Below are positions 44,111 through 58,459 of a stretch of DNA of 64,000 bases, piece after piece. Position numbers and translations under genes: made by a program. Under the pieces are notes generated by a model, which saw only the letters and a list, made by a program, of their open reading frames with translations, did no database searches and was not told where the DNA came from. Numbering within the stretch: position 1 is the stretch's first letter; each line of letters opens with the position of its first letter. The stretch spans positions 18,662,001-18,726,000 of the forward strand of contig OX638163.1 in assembly GCA_951804945.1 (NCBI GenBank). Reading direction: 5' to 3'. This stretch comes from Podarcis cretensis (taxonomy: Eukaryota).

Positions 44111-47100
44111 TCTTTTTTGGAATCTAATGGTATTTAAGTGGGCCCTGCAACAAATTGTTGCAGTCCATTCCCACCTCTTAACAGAGACCAGCCAAGATAA
44201 CCTGCAGGGTACTCCGTTCCATCCTCCTCTTGTTTTCTTTTCCAACTAGCACTAAAAATTAGGTGGCCACTAAGCATGCTGAATCCTCATTCTTAAAAAG
44301 TATGTGAGGTACTTCTGCGAACTTTTGGGGGCTCTTTCCTCCTGTTGCTCAGTGGCTGTTCTTCAGTCTTTCCTGAGTTTGCTCTTGGAGGCAGGGATGT
44401 GTTGTGTGCTTGCTGCCCCCAATGCCATTCTCAGGGCAGCCCCTCAGGATCTCAACGGCCTGTTGCCATTCCACTGCAGAGTTCTTTTGCTCAGACTATT
44501 GAAAAAACATATCCTTCATACGGACAGTTGTGCACTTCCATCCCTGTATCTTGGCTGAGGGATGTAAAATACAGAACTCTGAGGAACTGTTTGTTTCAGC
44601 ACTATCATTTATCTATTTTATTTCAGAATTTATAAACTCCACTGGTGTACAAAAAAATAGAATATAAAACATAATACAAATCTCAAAACAATGAAAAATG
44701 TGAAGCCAACAACAATTAAAAGGCACAAAAATATAAGTGACCAATTTGGGAATGCTTGGTGGGAAAAACATTTTTTACAAACATTGGAAACTGAACAGTG
44801 TTGGGTCCTGCTTTCCTTCCAGAGGAAGAGAATTCCACAAAGCTAAGAGCATGTGGATTGATGCATTCTTGCCTCTCGTTCTGAGATTTCCTCTCACATT
44901 AGCCACCCCTAGTTCCTTTCAGGGTTACAATGATTTCCAGATTAAAGCTGAAGATGGACAGGCCTAGTGTAGCCAAGGTAGGTGAATGGTGGAGATACCA
45001 ACAAGGGTCTCCCAGATTCAGCTCTTGTCTCTGCCATGGGTTGCCAAGCAGCCTTAGGCTAGCCTCGGCCCCCTACAACACTGGTGTAGTACTTGCCTAC
45101 CTCACAGGGTTCTTGGTATAAAGTATGGGAAGCACTCTGAAGTGTGTGTTTTTGCCAGTGTTGAGCTGTGTGTTCCTCCATTCTGCAGCAGGAACCAGTT
45201 TTGCATTTGCAGAGTGATCCATTGACTCAGAGTCCTGGAGAAGACTAGAAGAAACTTCTGCAGCTCTGGAGAGGGAGAGGGAGGAGGAAGAGAGAGCTTT
45301 TCCTTGGTATTCCATTTAAGCAGCAAAAAGGTGGAGGAAAGGTGGTGGAAGAGCCTCTAGGAACATGGACTTCTCTTGGAGGAGAGAGTTGTGGAAGGAA
45401 TCTGCCTTGTGAGTTGTTTTTTGGGGCTTCATCTCCTGTTCAGCTTCCTGCTGCCCATGCTTTGGACTTTGGTCATATTTTGGGCTAGCCTTTGCTTCCA
45501 GTCATAGTTTCAAATGGACAGGCTTTCCCCAGTGGTGGGTCTGCCAGTGTTGCTGTCTGAAAGTCATTTATGTGCAGCAGGATGCCAGGCAGGGATGGCA
45601 GATTCCAAATGCTGGTTTGCCAGCTCCCTGGGGCATCTGGGTGGGCCAAGAACATGGAACCCATTTTATTTTGGAAAGGGAAAGTGAGAGAGACATGTTC
45701 CACCTCCTGGGATGTGATTTGTCACTGGGTTTCAGTTCCGGAATCCTGGGCCTTTGCCATCTCTTTCAGCATCTGCCTTTGGTGGCTGTCACTGCCTCCT
45801 GTGGGAGTGAGTTCCAGAGTTTAACTATATGTGCCATGTGAAGAAGTCCTTCCTTTTGTCTGTTTTGAAGTGTTTTGCTTCTGTCTTTTGCTTGGTCAAA
45901 GAGTTCCTGTAGTTCTTGGACAGGGTGTGAGTGGGAAGGAGAATAAAGATCTCCTTCATTTCTTCGTGTGCCAACCCTGTGACTTTGCTTTCTCTCTCTC
46001 TTTCTCTCGCACCAAAGCAAAAGATTCTGCACAGAAAATGACTTACGGACAAAATTATTGCCCCAAATCATATTGCTTTGAATTAATTTCTTTGTTTTCT
46101 TCCGTGTCTGGGGTCTACCTTGATATATAGTTACATGGCAGTTTTAATCCAGGCTACAAATAAGGATTATTTTCTTTTTTAGAAGGAGGAAGCTGTTGTT
46201 TGTATCAGTAGATCTTGCAGGCCCAGGACCATTGTAACCAGGGAGAGGAAGCTTTTCTGTGGTGTGGGATGCCTGATATAGGACATATAGCTGCTGGGGG
46301 TCTTGAGGTCATGGTTGAGGGGCCAAGAGGAGTGGAGAGTAAACTTTTGCACTTTGGATGCTGGTTTCCCTCCAGCTCAGTTTTCTGGAATCTCTTTTAT
46401 TGAGAGGTTATTTCTGTTGTTGTGAATCAGAACACATTGTAATAAGGATACCCAGCTCATTAAAGTGTCCAACATAGAGACTGGACTCCAGCCATCTCCT
46501 GAGGCCTTTCCTTGGCCCCAGTCCCTGTCCTGTGACACATCCGTGCCCTTCACCCCCACCCTGCTGCTTTGCTCTTTCTATGCTGTAGCTGCAGCACCAT
46601 AATTCAAGTTATGCAAATGCCATACTGTGCTGTGACTTCCAAGAAGAAACAAATTAAGACCAGGTGGGGTCAGAAAGAAACTGAGCACTGATTTTCTGTT
46701 CCTAGAAATGTGTTCCCTGAAATCTTGAGAGAGGCCAGATAAAAGGGGCCACATGGATGAATGTTTGGTTTTGGGTTTTTGTGTGTCCGCACAAATTCCT
46801 AACCAATTGGTTTACTTTAAACAAGAAAGACCCTGTTAATAGCTGGAAGGGCAATCTGGATTACGCTCTAGGAGACATTATCCTACCCATCTCCCTGCCT
46901 GTTTCCTGCTGAGCTGGAGAAGAGGCAGGACTCTCAAAGCCCCTGGATTCCAACTCCCATCCTCATCATCTCTGACCATTGGCAGCCCAGCAGACTCCTG
47001 GGAGTTGGAGTCCAGCAACACCTGCAGGGTTACAGATGTTCCCCAGCTCTCCTTTACCCCCACTTTCGCTCCCTTGTTCAACTTAGGCCACCTCCTCAAG

Positions 47101-47689
47101 AATTTGCCTTATTAATGGCTTAGCCATATTCTTTCCAACCTGTGACTAGTTCTCCCTCAACTTCTGCAGTAGCCAGATTAGCTACACAGATGCAAAGGCT
47201 CTGTGTGTGCATATGCGTGGCTTGCCGTCCCAAATGTCTCAGCTGATATACATATATATATTTAGAGTATATTTTTAGGCTACCCAACCCCAAAACATTC
47301 TCTGGGCAGCTGGCAGTAAATATTAAACACATCAAATATACAAAATGAGTCTTGAAGCATTAAGAATAAACTCAGCGCTAGAGAGCAAAATCTGTGCTAT
47401 AAACTCATCCTTCTTAGAAGGGTGTGGCCAGAGGATGCCCACATTGTTATAGGCTAAGGAAAATGCCAGTGGGGGTCTCTGGGAACCATTTGGGGTCGGT
47501 TCTTCTTACTCACAGCATTGGTTGGCTGCTGAACTTGGATCTGAGAAGGAGGTATTCTCCCCCCCTCCCCCCATGCCAAGCAGGAGTTGCCCAAAGGAGG
47601 CATACAAGGCACCATCCAGCCACCTTAGGGACTCCACTTCAGATTTGTGTAGGGTTTACTCCATCCTGGCTAATAAAAGCAAGCCGGGA

Positions 47690-48978
47690 AGGGCTGGGCA
47701 ATGCGGACCATTTGGATCCCTTCCAGTCAGGATTCAGGCCTCATCATGGGACTGAAACTGCCTTGGTTGCACTGGCTGATGATCTCCAGCGGGCTAGGGA
47801 CAAAGGTGAAAGCTGTTTCCTAGTTGTGCTGATACCATTGATACCATTGACCATAACATCTAGGGGAGCTGGGGGCACTGTTATACAGTGGTTCCGCTTC
47901 TTCCTGCTGGACCATGTCCAGAAAGTGGTGGTGGAGGATGAATGTTCAGGCCCCTGGGCTCTCACTTGTGGGGTGCTCAGGGTTCCGTCCTTTCCCCCAT
48001 GCTTTTCAACATCTATATGAAGCCGCTGGGGAGATCATCGGGGTTTGGGCTGGGTGTTAATCAGAATGCTGTTGATACCCAGCTCTACATCTCCTTCAAA
48101 TCAGAACCAGTGAAGGTCCTGTGTGAGTGTCTGGAGGTGGTTGGAGGCTAACAGATTGAGGTTGAATCCTGACAAGACAGGAGGACTGTTTTGGGGGGAC
48201 AGGAGGTGGGCAGGTGTGGAGGACTCCCTGGTCCTGAATGGGGCAACTGTGCCCCTGAAGGAGCAGATGCGCAGCCTGGGAGTCATTTTGGACTCAGTTG
48301 TCTATGGAGGTGCAGGTCAATTCTGTGTCCAGGGCAGCTGTCTACCAGCTCCATCTGGTACGCAGGCTGAGACCCTACCTGCCCACAGACTGTCTCACCA
48401 GAGTGGTACATGCTCTAGTTATCTCCTGCTTGGACTACTGCAATGTGCTCTATGTGGGGCTACCCTTGAAAGTGACTCGGAAACTGCAATTAATCCAGAA
48501 AGCAGCAGCTAGACTGGTGACTTGGAGTGGCAGCCGAGACCATATAACACCGGTCCTGAGAGATCTGCATTGGCTCTCAGTACGTTTCCGAGCACAATTC
48601 AAAGTGTTGGTGCTGACCTTTAAAGCCCTAAACGGCCTCGGTCCAGTATACCTGAAGGAGCATCTCCACCCCCATCGTCGAACCCGGACACTGAGGTCCA
48701 GCGCCAAGGGCCTTCTGACGGTTCCCTCACTGCAAGAAGTGAAGTTACAGGGAACCAGGTGGAGGGCCTTCTTGGTAGTGGTGCCCGCCCTGTGGAATGC
48801 CCTCCCATCAGATGTCAAAGAGATAAACAACTGTATGACATTTAGAAGACATGTGAAGGCAGCCCTGTTTAGGGAAGTTTTTAATGACTGATGTTTTAAT
48901 GTATTTTTAACCTTCTGTTGGAAGCCGCCTAGAGCGGCTGCGGAAGAAATAAATAAATTATTATTATTATTATTATTA
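47690..48978 (+). mobile_element. Relatively young 5'-truncated L2 LINE
   Basis: LDPFQSGFRPHHGTETALV, QGSVLSPMLFNIYMKPL, NRLRLNPDKT, HALVISCLDYCN...LQLIQKAAARL...LHWL...PALWNALP; (TTA)n tail. Confidence 0.93.
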
Positions 48979-51079
48979 ACCTTTTCCCAAAGATGTTCCA
49001 CAATGCAGCGCGTATAAGGTGGCATATAAATAATAAATTATGATAATTTTTCATTGCACAGAGTTGATAGGTCTGTGGGAAGAGACTCTTCTGGGCTTTG
49101 TCCCAGAGGCCAGCGGGGAAAAAGATGATTTGCTTTATTCATTGCATCTATTTATATCCTGCCTTCCAAGGCGGCTTCTAAGTTTCCTGGTGCTGCATTT
49201 TGGGTCCTTTTCCAGTTTGGGTTGATGTTTTGATGACCTTGAGGCTCTCCTGTTCTGCTGGCAGCACATGATCTGTGGGGGCAAGGAGGGGGCTGGCACC
49301 AGCTCAGAATGTTTGTACAGCATTTGCTGCAGTGAGGCTGGAGATGCAGCAGTAGGAGCAGACTCTGTTGGCAGTGGAGGCGGCTGTTGTTCAGCTCTCC
49401 TGGAGCAGCGCCAGGCTCTGTGCTGGGTGGCTGGGGCTGCTCTTTGCCCAGTTTAGAGTGCCTCTTTGTTCCTGGCTCCCTTATTGCTGTTGTTTGGCCT
49501 CAGGACCTGTGGGTCATGCCCAGCCAAACATTTTGCCTGCCCTCTCCTGGGCATTGGAGCCCTCCCTCTCCCTCTACCCAGGGAGAGAATGGCTTTAAGC
49601 AGCTGGGTGGGGTTAGGTGGTATGCTTACTAGGGAAGACTGATATGCCCTGACAGTAAAAGTCCAGGCTGAGAGACTGTACTCCCTTCACTCTGACTGTA
49701 TTGGCTTAATCCACAACCCAGTGTCCTCTGATAATTTTAGACTACAACTCCCATCAGCCCTAACCCACCTCAAAGTAGACCTATCTTACATGGATTTTGC
49801 CATTAGTTGTAGTTTTGGGTTTGTGGTCGGGAACCTCCATGTTGTGGCATAGTCTACCTTTGAGTACCAGACCTTGGATGAAGGCTACACCGGAAGGACC
49901 ACTGCTGCTTTTGCTCCAAGGCCAGATAATAGACAGACAGCATCAATTATTTGAAAGATTTTGAGATGTTCTCTTCTAATGGCAGGAGCTGTTTGATAGT
50001 GAAAAAAGTGACATTGGAAGGTGGTGGACTGTTCTTAGTCGAAAGTTTCTTTAGCAGAGGTTACATGGCCACCCATCAGGGATGCCAAGGGGGTGGGTGG
50101 GGTGGACTAGATTTGCTTTGGGGGGGCATTCCAACATCATCCTTGGAAACACACTTCTTTCAGCAGGATGAAAGACCATTATCAAACTTTGGGGCAAGAG
50201 CTGGAAAACCCAGATGGCTTGTTGGGGTTGGGCATCATACTTTGGGTGCAAGTTAATGAGGTGGGGGGAGGGGAAGGAATTGCTCATTCAGTATTAGTAC
50301 CAATATCTATACCTGAGCCAATAAGGAATGCAAAAGCTTTGGCTCCCCCTGCCCCAAATTAGATTTCCGCCTTTTCCTTTTCTTCCTTCCTTAATTTTGT
50401 TTGTTCTTTTTGTGACATAGACTACCTGCCTACCTCTGCTTCCCCCCTTTTGTTTGTAATAATAGCATCAGACTTGAAATATGGATGCCTTCTGAAATAT
50501 TTCCTGTCATGCCATCAATCAGATATATATTTACAGTCATTCATTAAACTAGAGTGTACATTTCATCCCTTCCTCCTTGGAATATTAATGCTGCTTCTGG
50601 CTGAAATGCTGTGTGAATATTCAGGTGGGGTTGAGGAATCAATCCCTGCACCAGCAATGATGTCACTCTGAGCTACAATCAAGCATTCTGTTAAAAAAAC
50701 CAAAACCCAATTGGCATTGCAAAGTCCAATGTATATTGATTGCTATAGGGGAAATCTACAAGGAGGAGGGGAGAGAGAGATTTTGGCTTCGCTTTTTGTA
50801 GTTGAGGGCTGATGCTCTGGTTAACATTCTGGGGTTTTAAAGTAATATGATAACCTTGTAATAAGGCCATATGCTGTGTGTGTAGATGGTCTGTGACTAT
50901 CTTCCTAAGACCATGCAGAGCTGAGAGCTGTCTTCAGAGGATTGTCTTTCTACTGAGGAGAGAGCATAGCACAGCAGTCTTTGGCTGCAGTTGGCTTCAA
51001 TGGCCAAGGCCTACGGTACTTTGCCCCTCCCTACCCAGTAATGGGGCCTCTTCTCCTTCCCCATTTTTTGAATGCTATA

Positions 51080-51294
51080 CAGTGGTACCTCGGGTTACAT
51101 ACGCTTCAGGTTACAGACTCTGCTAACCCAGAAATAGTACCTCAGGTTAAGAACTTTGCTTCAGGATGAGAACAGAAATCGCGCGGCAGCAGCAGGAGGC
51201 CCCATTAGGTAAAGTAGTACCACAGGTTAAGAACAGTTTCAGGTTAAGAACAGACCTCCAGAATGAATTAAGTACGTAACCAGAGGTACCACTG
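51080..51294. mobile_element. Tc1/mariner-pogo-type MITE
   Basis: TIRs CAGTGGTACCTC / GAGGTACCACTG flanked by TA. Confidence 0.9.
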
Positions 51295-52600
51295 TATTTG
51301 CACTCCATGTATGACTCCTGCTGTTGATTGGGAGCCCACCTCAAGTGTTGTTTTCTTCATTTTCTGGCACCCATTGCATCAAATGTTTTGGGATGTGTTA
51401 GGGTGCTTGATTACAAATTGGAGGCTTGTTAAGTATAAAGAAATTGAGAGTCTGAAGAAGCTCCAGGTCAAGGCAGCAGACAATCTTATCATTGGAGGAC
51501 CAAATAGGAATCCAAATGCATCTGGAGATCTGCCCTGGATCCACCAGGACCCAAACGTTTCTGTGTTTATAATTAAAATGTCCCCCTGCATGTGGAAAGT
51601 ACATTTAGGTACCATGTCAATGTGAATCTAGGGCATGCTCTCTCTACATGTAAATACAAAATCTTTTAAAAATATAATTTTACAGTGTATTATTGTGACT
51701 CCACACTGTTTCTCTAAACGCTGGGTGTTAATGAAATTCCTCATCCTTTAGCAATTTTTGAAGCATCACATTATTTTTTAAAAAATCCTCTAGCATGGCA
51801 AGTAGCTTGAAATGCAGAAATGTCTGCACTGTGGAAATTGAGGGAAGAGGCGCTTGGAGGCATCCTCTCCTGAGGAAGACCTTTCAGAGGGGCTGATCTG
51901 TACAATTCTTGAAGCAAAACCAGCACTAGATTCAAGCCCCACATTTCATTGTCATTAGAACTGAAGCTGCTTGTCCATAGTTAGTAGCACCAGGCTGAGC
52001 TAGTGGGCCACACAGTTCATTGTCTTTCTATTTACATTCCAGTCATTTTTATTCTTCATCTTCTGTTTGATTTAATTAATAAAATAAACCAAAGATAAGG
52101 AGCATAAATAAATCCTGTAATGGAAGGCTGAAAGCAGCATAAGTTGTACATGATGCTTGAACTTACTGTTCTAAAACATTACAAAAAATGTCTATTTCCC
52201 CAAGAACCTGTTAGGCTGGTTTGCATGTATCCTTTTTTTGATATGTTAGCTTAGTCATATGAACCAGGTTTTCTCAGTCCATTCAGACATAGTAGGAGAT
52301 AAGTATGACCCTCCCAATTTTTAGCTATTATGTTCTTAGCATTAGTTAAAAGGTTAAACACTATTTATTCATCACTTTCTGAAATAACATATTTTAGATA
52401 ACCAATCAGAAATATTTTAGGTTCTAAGGGTTTATGATATCGAAATATATCACATATATTATTAGCCTGATCAGATTTCTAGAGTATTTCTATTTGAGAA
52501 TAATTCCAAAAATGTATATATAGTCTGCTTTATTTAATCCACATCACCAACATTTATCTGATCGTAAGTAATTATTTCTGAATTTTTATCAAGTCATGTA

Positions 52601-52975
52601 CCGTATTTTTCCGTGTATAAGACGCCCCCATGTATAAGACGCCCAGTTTTTGGGGACTCCAGATTAAAAAAACACCTCTCAGCACTACCTGTGTATAAAA
52701 TGAGCCCCAATTTTAAACCTTTTTTTGGTATAAAAACTTAGTCTTATACAGTGGTACCTCTGGTTATGAACTTAATTCGTTCCGGAGGTCCGTTCTTAAC
52801 CTGAAACCATTCTTAACCTGAGGTACCATTTTAGCTAATGGGGCCTCCCGCTGCCGCCGCACGATTTCTCATCCTAGGGCAAAGTTCTTGACCAAAGGTT
52901 CTATTTCCAAGTTAGCAGAGTCTGTAACCCGAAGTGTTTGTAACCCGAGATATCACTGTACACAGAAAAATACAG
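52601..52975. mobile_element. Tc1/mariner-type MITE with a nested MITE
   Basis: TA-CCGTATTTTTCCGTGTATAAGAC...GTCTTA[TA]CACAGAAAAATACAG-TA. Confidence 0.8.
52749..52958. mobile_element. MITE of the 51080 family, opposite orientation, inserted at a TA
   Basis: TA-CAGTGGTACCTC...GAGATATCACTG-TA. Confidence 0.88.
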
Positions 52976-53769
52976 TAAATTACCATGTGCATGTCTACTT
53001 TTCTCATTTCTGGCCCTATGCCCAAGTGACCACCCCTGGAGGCTGCCTGGATGGGGCAGGGGACTACCCAGAGGCAGAAAAGGGACAAAACAATTGGGGG
53101 GGGGGCTTACAATTGCTGCCTCTTCCTCCTCTGATTTAGAAGCAAAAGATGGGTGATGGAGGTCATAGGATCCACCCCCCTCCACAAGGCCTTCCTGGTG
53201 CAAATCTTGCTATCTTTTTGATGCCAAGTAAGCACTTTCCTTTGACGGAGTGGTGATGGTAGTTATTTATTTATTGCTTTTCTATTCCACCTTTTCTCCA
53301 AAGAAGTTTTTCAGCTTTTATTATTTTTATTTTACTGTCTGGTTTTATATTGTTGTAAATCCATATATTTCCATGACACATCAGTATGTTAACATTTTAA
53401 TTAATAAATAAAGGTGCTCAAGGGTGCCTATACACTTTTCCCCAATCCTCCATTTTATCCTCACAACAACCCTGTGAGGTAAGCTAGGCGGTGAGTGTGG
53501 ATTAAATAACTCACCTTATTAATTTCTAGAGGGTAATAAGGTTTTAAGATGATGGAGATAAAGCAACTGCTAAGTTTGGTTTTAAAAGTTGTACCCTGCA
53601 TGGAAATGTGGCTCTTAATTAATCTGGGATCTGGCTTTACTCTGAGTAGTACTAGCAATGGGTGCACATGCTGCTGCTTCTTCTTAGGTTGGTAACTCCT
53701 TGAGGTCTTTCTAGCCAGGATATCCCCCTCATCCCTCTCTGTTCAGGCAGTTTTGAAACCCCTTTCTCT

Positions 53770-54640
53770 TCTATGGCCGGGCGGGGAGGCTCCCTCCCCC
53801 CTCGTGAGCCCCCCCCCCTACCCCCAGTAACTAACACTGGGTGGGTGTGGGTGTGTGCCGCCTCCCACCCGCCCCCGTCAGTGTTGTGGGGCTGAGCGGG
53901 TAGAGGGCTAGGCGCCCCCCCGCCCGCCGCGCCTGCCTCCCCCCTCCTCCTCCACGATCACTTCCTGCCTCCAGCCGGGAGGAGCTGCCGCCGGGGAAGA
54001 AGGAAGGAAAGGAGGAGGAGGGGGAGGAGGGCCCCGCCGCTGGCCCCACAGGTAAGCCGTCCGCCTCCAGTCTTACCTCTCCCCAGGAGGGGGGGGAGGG
54101 GGTCTCTCTCTCTCTCTCTCCCCCCCCGCTTCAACCCCGCTTGCTCTCGCGCACCGAGTGGGGAGAGGGCGTCAGCTGCCAACCTCCCCGGCACTGCCCT
54201 GCGCCCCCTCTTATGTCACCCGAGTCTTCCCCACGCCCTAGAAGAGGACAGGACAGGATAGTAGAGATTCCCCAGCGACACAGCTGATTTCCTCTTCGCA
54301 TTCCCCCACATGAAGGGAAATCTGCAAGGGGGGACCCAAACTCGAGCACGGCTTATCCTTTTCCCAAAGTGGTCCAGGACGACTGTGTCTGCTGGGAGCC
54401 AGGCTGCTGCTCGCGTGGGGGACTCTGGAGGTTGGTGGCTTTCGTGCCCCATTACGGAGAGGGCGTAGCCTGGGGTGCGGGGTGGGGACACCTGAGTGCT
54501 GGTTGTCCAGGTGCTGCTTCTCCCGCCCTCTCCCCTGGCCGCGGGGGCTGCTGGGAGTTGGAGCGCAGCAGCACCAGCTTTCCCACCTCCCCGACAGTCG
54601 CCTTCTATCTCGCCCCTGCTTTGGCGCCCCTCCACACCTG
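53770..54640 (+). promoter_or_regulatory. CpG-island promoter, probably of NACC2 (synteny inference)
   Basis: CpG-rich, GC boxes (GGGCGGGG, CCCGCCCCC), ETS CACTTCCTG near 53960; about 10 kb downstream of TMEM250 on the same strand; no BTB-domain coding sequence in the window. Confidence 0.65.
53950..54051 (+). other. Non-coding first exon, probably NACC2; start approximate
   Basis: Purine-rich leader ending at donor CAG|GTAAGC 54051/54052. Confidence 0.55.
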
Positions 54641-55226
54641 CTCTTTGAAGAGAGGCACCGCAAATTCCCTTCTCTTTTTGTAGGGGGATGGGGGGCAATT
54701 TAGGACTCATTTCCCTGACACCTTCACCTGCCTGCTCTGCCAGCTGAGCACCTCCTTGCCAGTTCAGTGTCAAAGTCTGGGAAGGGAGAGCAGCACCCAC
54801 TGTCTCAGGACCCCTGAAAGGACAAGCGGCCCCAGACAGCCCACAACTGGTAAGTGTTTCTTCTTGGAGACCATCCCTCAATCCTTTTCTTTGCTGGAAG
54901 AAGGGGGACGCAGGCAGAAGGAGCAGCCCTCCATACCTGTTGCATCCCTTTCTGGGGTGAGGAAAGTGGTCCTCATTGGTTCAGGAGTTCTGTTCTGCTT
55001 CTCTTCACCTGTGCATGTCCCCCTCCCCCCTGTAAGAATTCTTTGGAGGGTTATGTCTGGTAGATTCTTCTTTGAATACAATTAGCTCAGTGTGTTAATC
55101 AAATTAACAGAGCAGGATAATGGGTGCAAGAGATGGTCAGCAAGCAAAAAATGGCTTATTGGCTGTCACTTTGCAGGGCAGGATGGTGTAAGTTTCCAAA
55201 GGCTAGAAAGAGCCAGAGGGCTAGTG

Positions 55227-55230
<4 letters not shown>

Positions 55231-55262
<32 letters not shown>
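55231..55262. repeat. (AC)n microsatellite
   Basis: Read directly from the sequence. Confidence 0.95.
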
Positions 55263-55264
<2 letters not shown>

Positions 55265-58200
55265 CCTCCTCCTTCACTGAGGTGAGCTGCTTGGATATTT
55301 CTTACCTCAGCATTTTGATGGACCTTGCACTTTAAATGCTTTTAGAGAAGGAGGAGGATTTTGGCAGGTGTTGCCAGGACACACCTGGCAAATGCACCCT
55401 CAAGGGCAAGACATTTGAGGACTTTGCAGAGGGGTCTGTGCATGTTCTTAGTTCCAAAGATGTACAGATAGAAAGATTCTCAGTGTAAGGAACTGGTGTG
55501 TTGTTGGAGGTGGACTAGAGAGGAGATGGGGCAACTGGTAGACAGACACTGGTGCTTTTCAAGAAAAGTAACCTTGGTGTTCTGGAAGAATTTGCCTATG
55601 TTGCACAGTTTTAAAAGATTGGTTTCTTTATTGGAAATAATTTGACAATTGGAGTATAAATATGTTGTTCTTTCATTTCTTAGTCTTTCTCTCCAAATCT
55701 CTTTACACCCTTGGATGGAAGTGGCTTCCTCAAAATTTGCCAATGGGCGGCCTGACTGACCAGCAGGTGTGATTCTGCTCCCCTATGGTCAATGTAGATG
55801 CCTCATGGGAAAAGGACTTCTCAGAATTTCTTAAGGCTATTTTGTTTTAATGAATACCTGATTTTAATTTAGGAGCAGTGGTGCATCATCTGAGAAGATG
55901 GTGTGGCACATGTGGAAGTTTGTTTAGGAAGGGCAGGAGGAGAGCTATTAGAATTTGATAGTGTTGTGTATTGTCCCAGTTGATCAAGAATGCACTTCCT
56001 GACCTCAGCAGATGTGTGTGTGTTTGTGCGTTTTCTTGGATTCCAAGTCAGATAAGTGCCTTTCCCAGCGCTGGTGTGTTCCTGAACATGCTGTGGTTAA
56101 AAATGCATTTGGTGCCCCAGGACTCCTCCAAATGGTTCAGCTTCTGTGAAGAGGAGGGGGGGGGCACTGTACTCCAGTACGTGAGTCTCTGTGCTGCGGC
56201 AGCAAAGTACAGAAGCACTTAAAAATGACGTGGATCCATTACATGCTGCTCCGTTAATTGGGAAACTGACTTGTGTGTTTCCTCCTCTTTGGGAGGCATT
56301 TTGCAGGACTGTGCGGATTGATGCCCTGGCTGCATGCCCAGGGTTGGTCTTGTGACATGAGGAATTGATGAGCTGGTACACGCTCTTACCTTTTGCTAAC
56401 TGAAATATTAAAGAGCAGTTGAAGTTGAATTTGGTAAACAGAGTGGAATTTATGGCTGTTCTCTTCCTGTCAAAGCTGCTCCTATGAATTAGTATTCTGC
56501 TGCCTGAGCGAAATATTTTCCTGTCATGCAGTTTCTGGGCCTGACTCTTGTGATTTTCACACATTCACAGTTTGTGTTTATAGGATGATTTTACCAATTT
56601 CCCAAAGTCCTTAACAAACATACCTGGCCTCAACCTGTACAGAGGAGACATTCCTGAGCCCTGAATTGTTGGTTTCAGGAACATTGTGGAGTTTTCTGGC
56701 ACAAGTTTATAGTTTTTATGGACTTACGGTAGGTCTCCATTAGGGTCATGAAGTGTTATGCAAAGCTTCAAATAAAGGTACACTTCAATTTTTACTTTAA
56801 AGGCTTTTAAAGCAGAAATTGTGCCAAATTGTAGTAATGTTTGTAAAGTGTAGAGTGAGGAGAGTTTTCCCAAGCATGACACCTCTCACTTTTATTACTT
56901 TCAACATAGTCATATAGAAATATTTACTGTTAGCTCTGAAGGAAAGAGAGGGTAGTGATTCCTTCACTAGGGGCTGTTTGGATGTGATGTTTTCCTGGGC
57001 TTTTGGCTTTAGATTTGTGTCCAAGCTTGCCATCCAAATATGTTTCTTCATTCTGTGGCTTTTGCTTCTAAATGTTTAGGCTCCAGCTGTTGTGTGGTCT
57101 CTGGGGAAAATGAAGTTGTACTGCTGGATAAGCATTTAATAGTTATTGTATTTGTATTTGTTTAGAAACCAATAAAATTGTTTTTTTCCAAAAATAAAAA
57201 GTTGGAGGGGTAGCTTTGGGGTATTGCTCGCAGTTTCAGATGTGAGGAAAATGATATCTGTGCAACAGGGCAAGGGTGGTGCTGGTGGTACTACTGGAAG
57301 AGATCCCACTCTGGTGCATTTGTTCACTCCTTTGTTCCCTAACCCAGAGTCATCTGAAGCCAGATAAAGTTAAAGAGCAAAGACCTGCACCATTTTTTGC
57401 AGGTGCTCAGCCTTCACAATGGATGGGTGTAGCTTCAGAAGCCCTGCTGTGTGCCCTGATTCTCCTATCATAACCTTAAATAGCAGTCCTCTCCAGGTGG
57501 ATCTTGGAGGCCTTAACGGGGCCCAGTGGCAGACGTGATCCTATGAAGTATGCTTGGCCCCACTTATCTAGTGGTAGAAATGTGGAGGTGCTAGAAGGAG
57601 CATCATTTATGTTCTGGTGCTCCACCCAGTCAAAAGCTAGTGGCTCTGGTCTGCTCCAGTTGTGACTTTGGGGCAGTCATCAAGGGCAGCCTTAAGCAGC
57701 ACTTGGTGCTGACAGACACCACAAAATATGGGGAATAAAAGGAGGCAGCGATGGGAGGCAGTGAAGGAAATGAAGGGCTGTGCTCTTTCCTTCAACCAGT
57801 GGCTTGTACCTCTTGTTATTACTTCTTCCCTTGCCTTGTTTAAGTTCTATGCAACAGCAGATGGCTGCAGATAGAATTGTACATTTTTGCTAATTCCTCT
57901 CTTAAACTCTGCTGGTGCCTCTGAGACCAGCTGAGAGCATCTTGTGCAAATTGCTGGCTTAACATTTTCCTTGTTGTGAGTTGACTCTTCTTTCTGTGGG
58001 GCTCGATCTTGACAGCCCAGTTTATCTCCTGTTTTAGGGGGGCTTGGCTAACAAGACTTGAATGAAGCAATTTCAAATATGAAAATTAAAACGTGATTAG
58101 TAATCGAGAGAGTGATTGTTCAGCCAGCTAACAAGAGAGCACAAACCTCCCAGGGTCCTTTCCTTCTCCATCTGACCTGCCATTACATCCTAGTGACAAG

Positions 58201-58459
58201 GCTTTTGATAATCTCTGTGCCAATTTTTTTGTAGCAAATCCAAGGCTTTTCTTTCCAATGAGATCATTTGCAAAATATGTTTCTCCCTTGCTGCAGGCAT
58301 ATTTCACTGTGTCACTTGCCAGTGCTCATTTGCTGGGAACTGTGATTCATTAGCCAAGGCTGTCTTCTTCATCATCTTCATCTTCATCTTCATTTTGTTT
58401 AATTTTTCAAAGGGAAGTCACAAAAATATATACCTTGGGAAGATTCTTCATAGTGATTA

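Noticed and set aside
53831-54881. GC-rich ORFs up to 221 aa at the second CpG island
   Set aside because: Low-complexity G/A/R/P composition with no BTB or BEN domain
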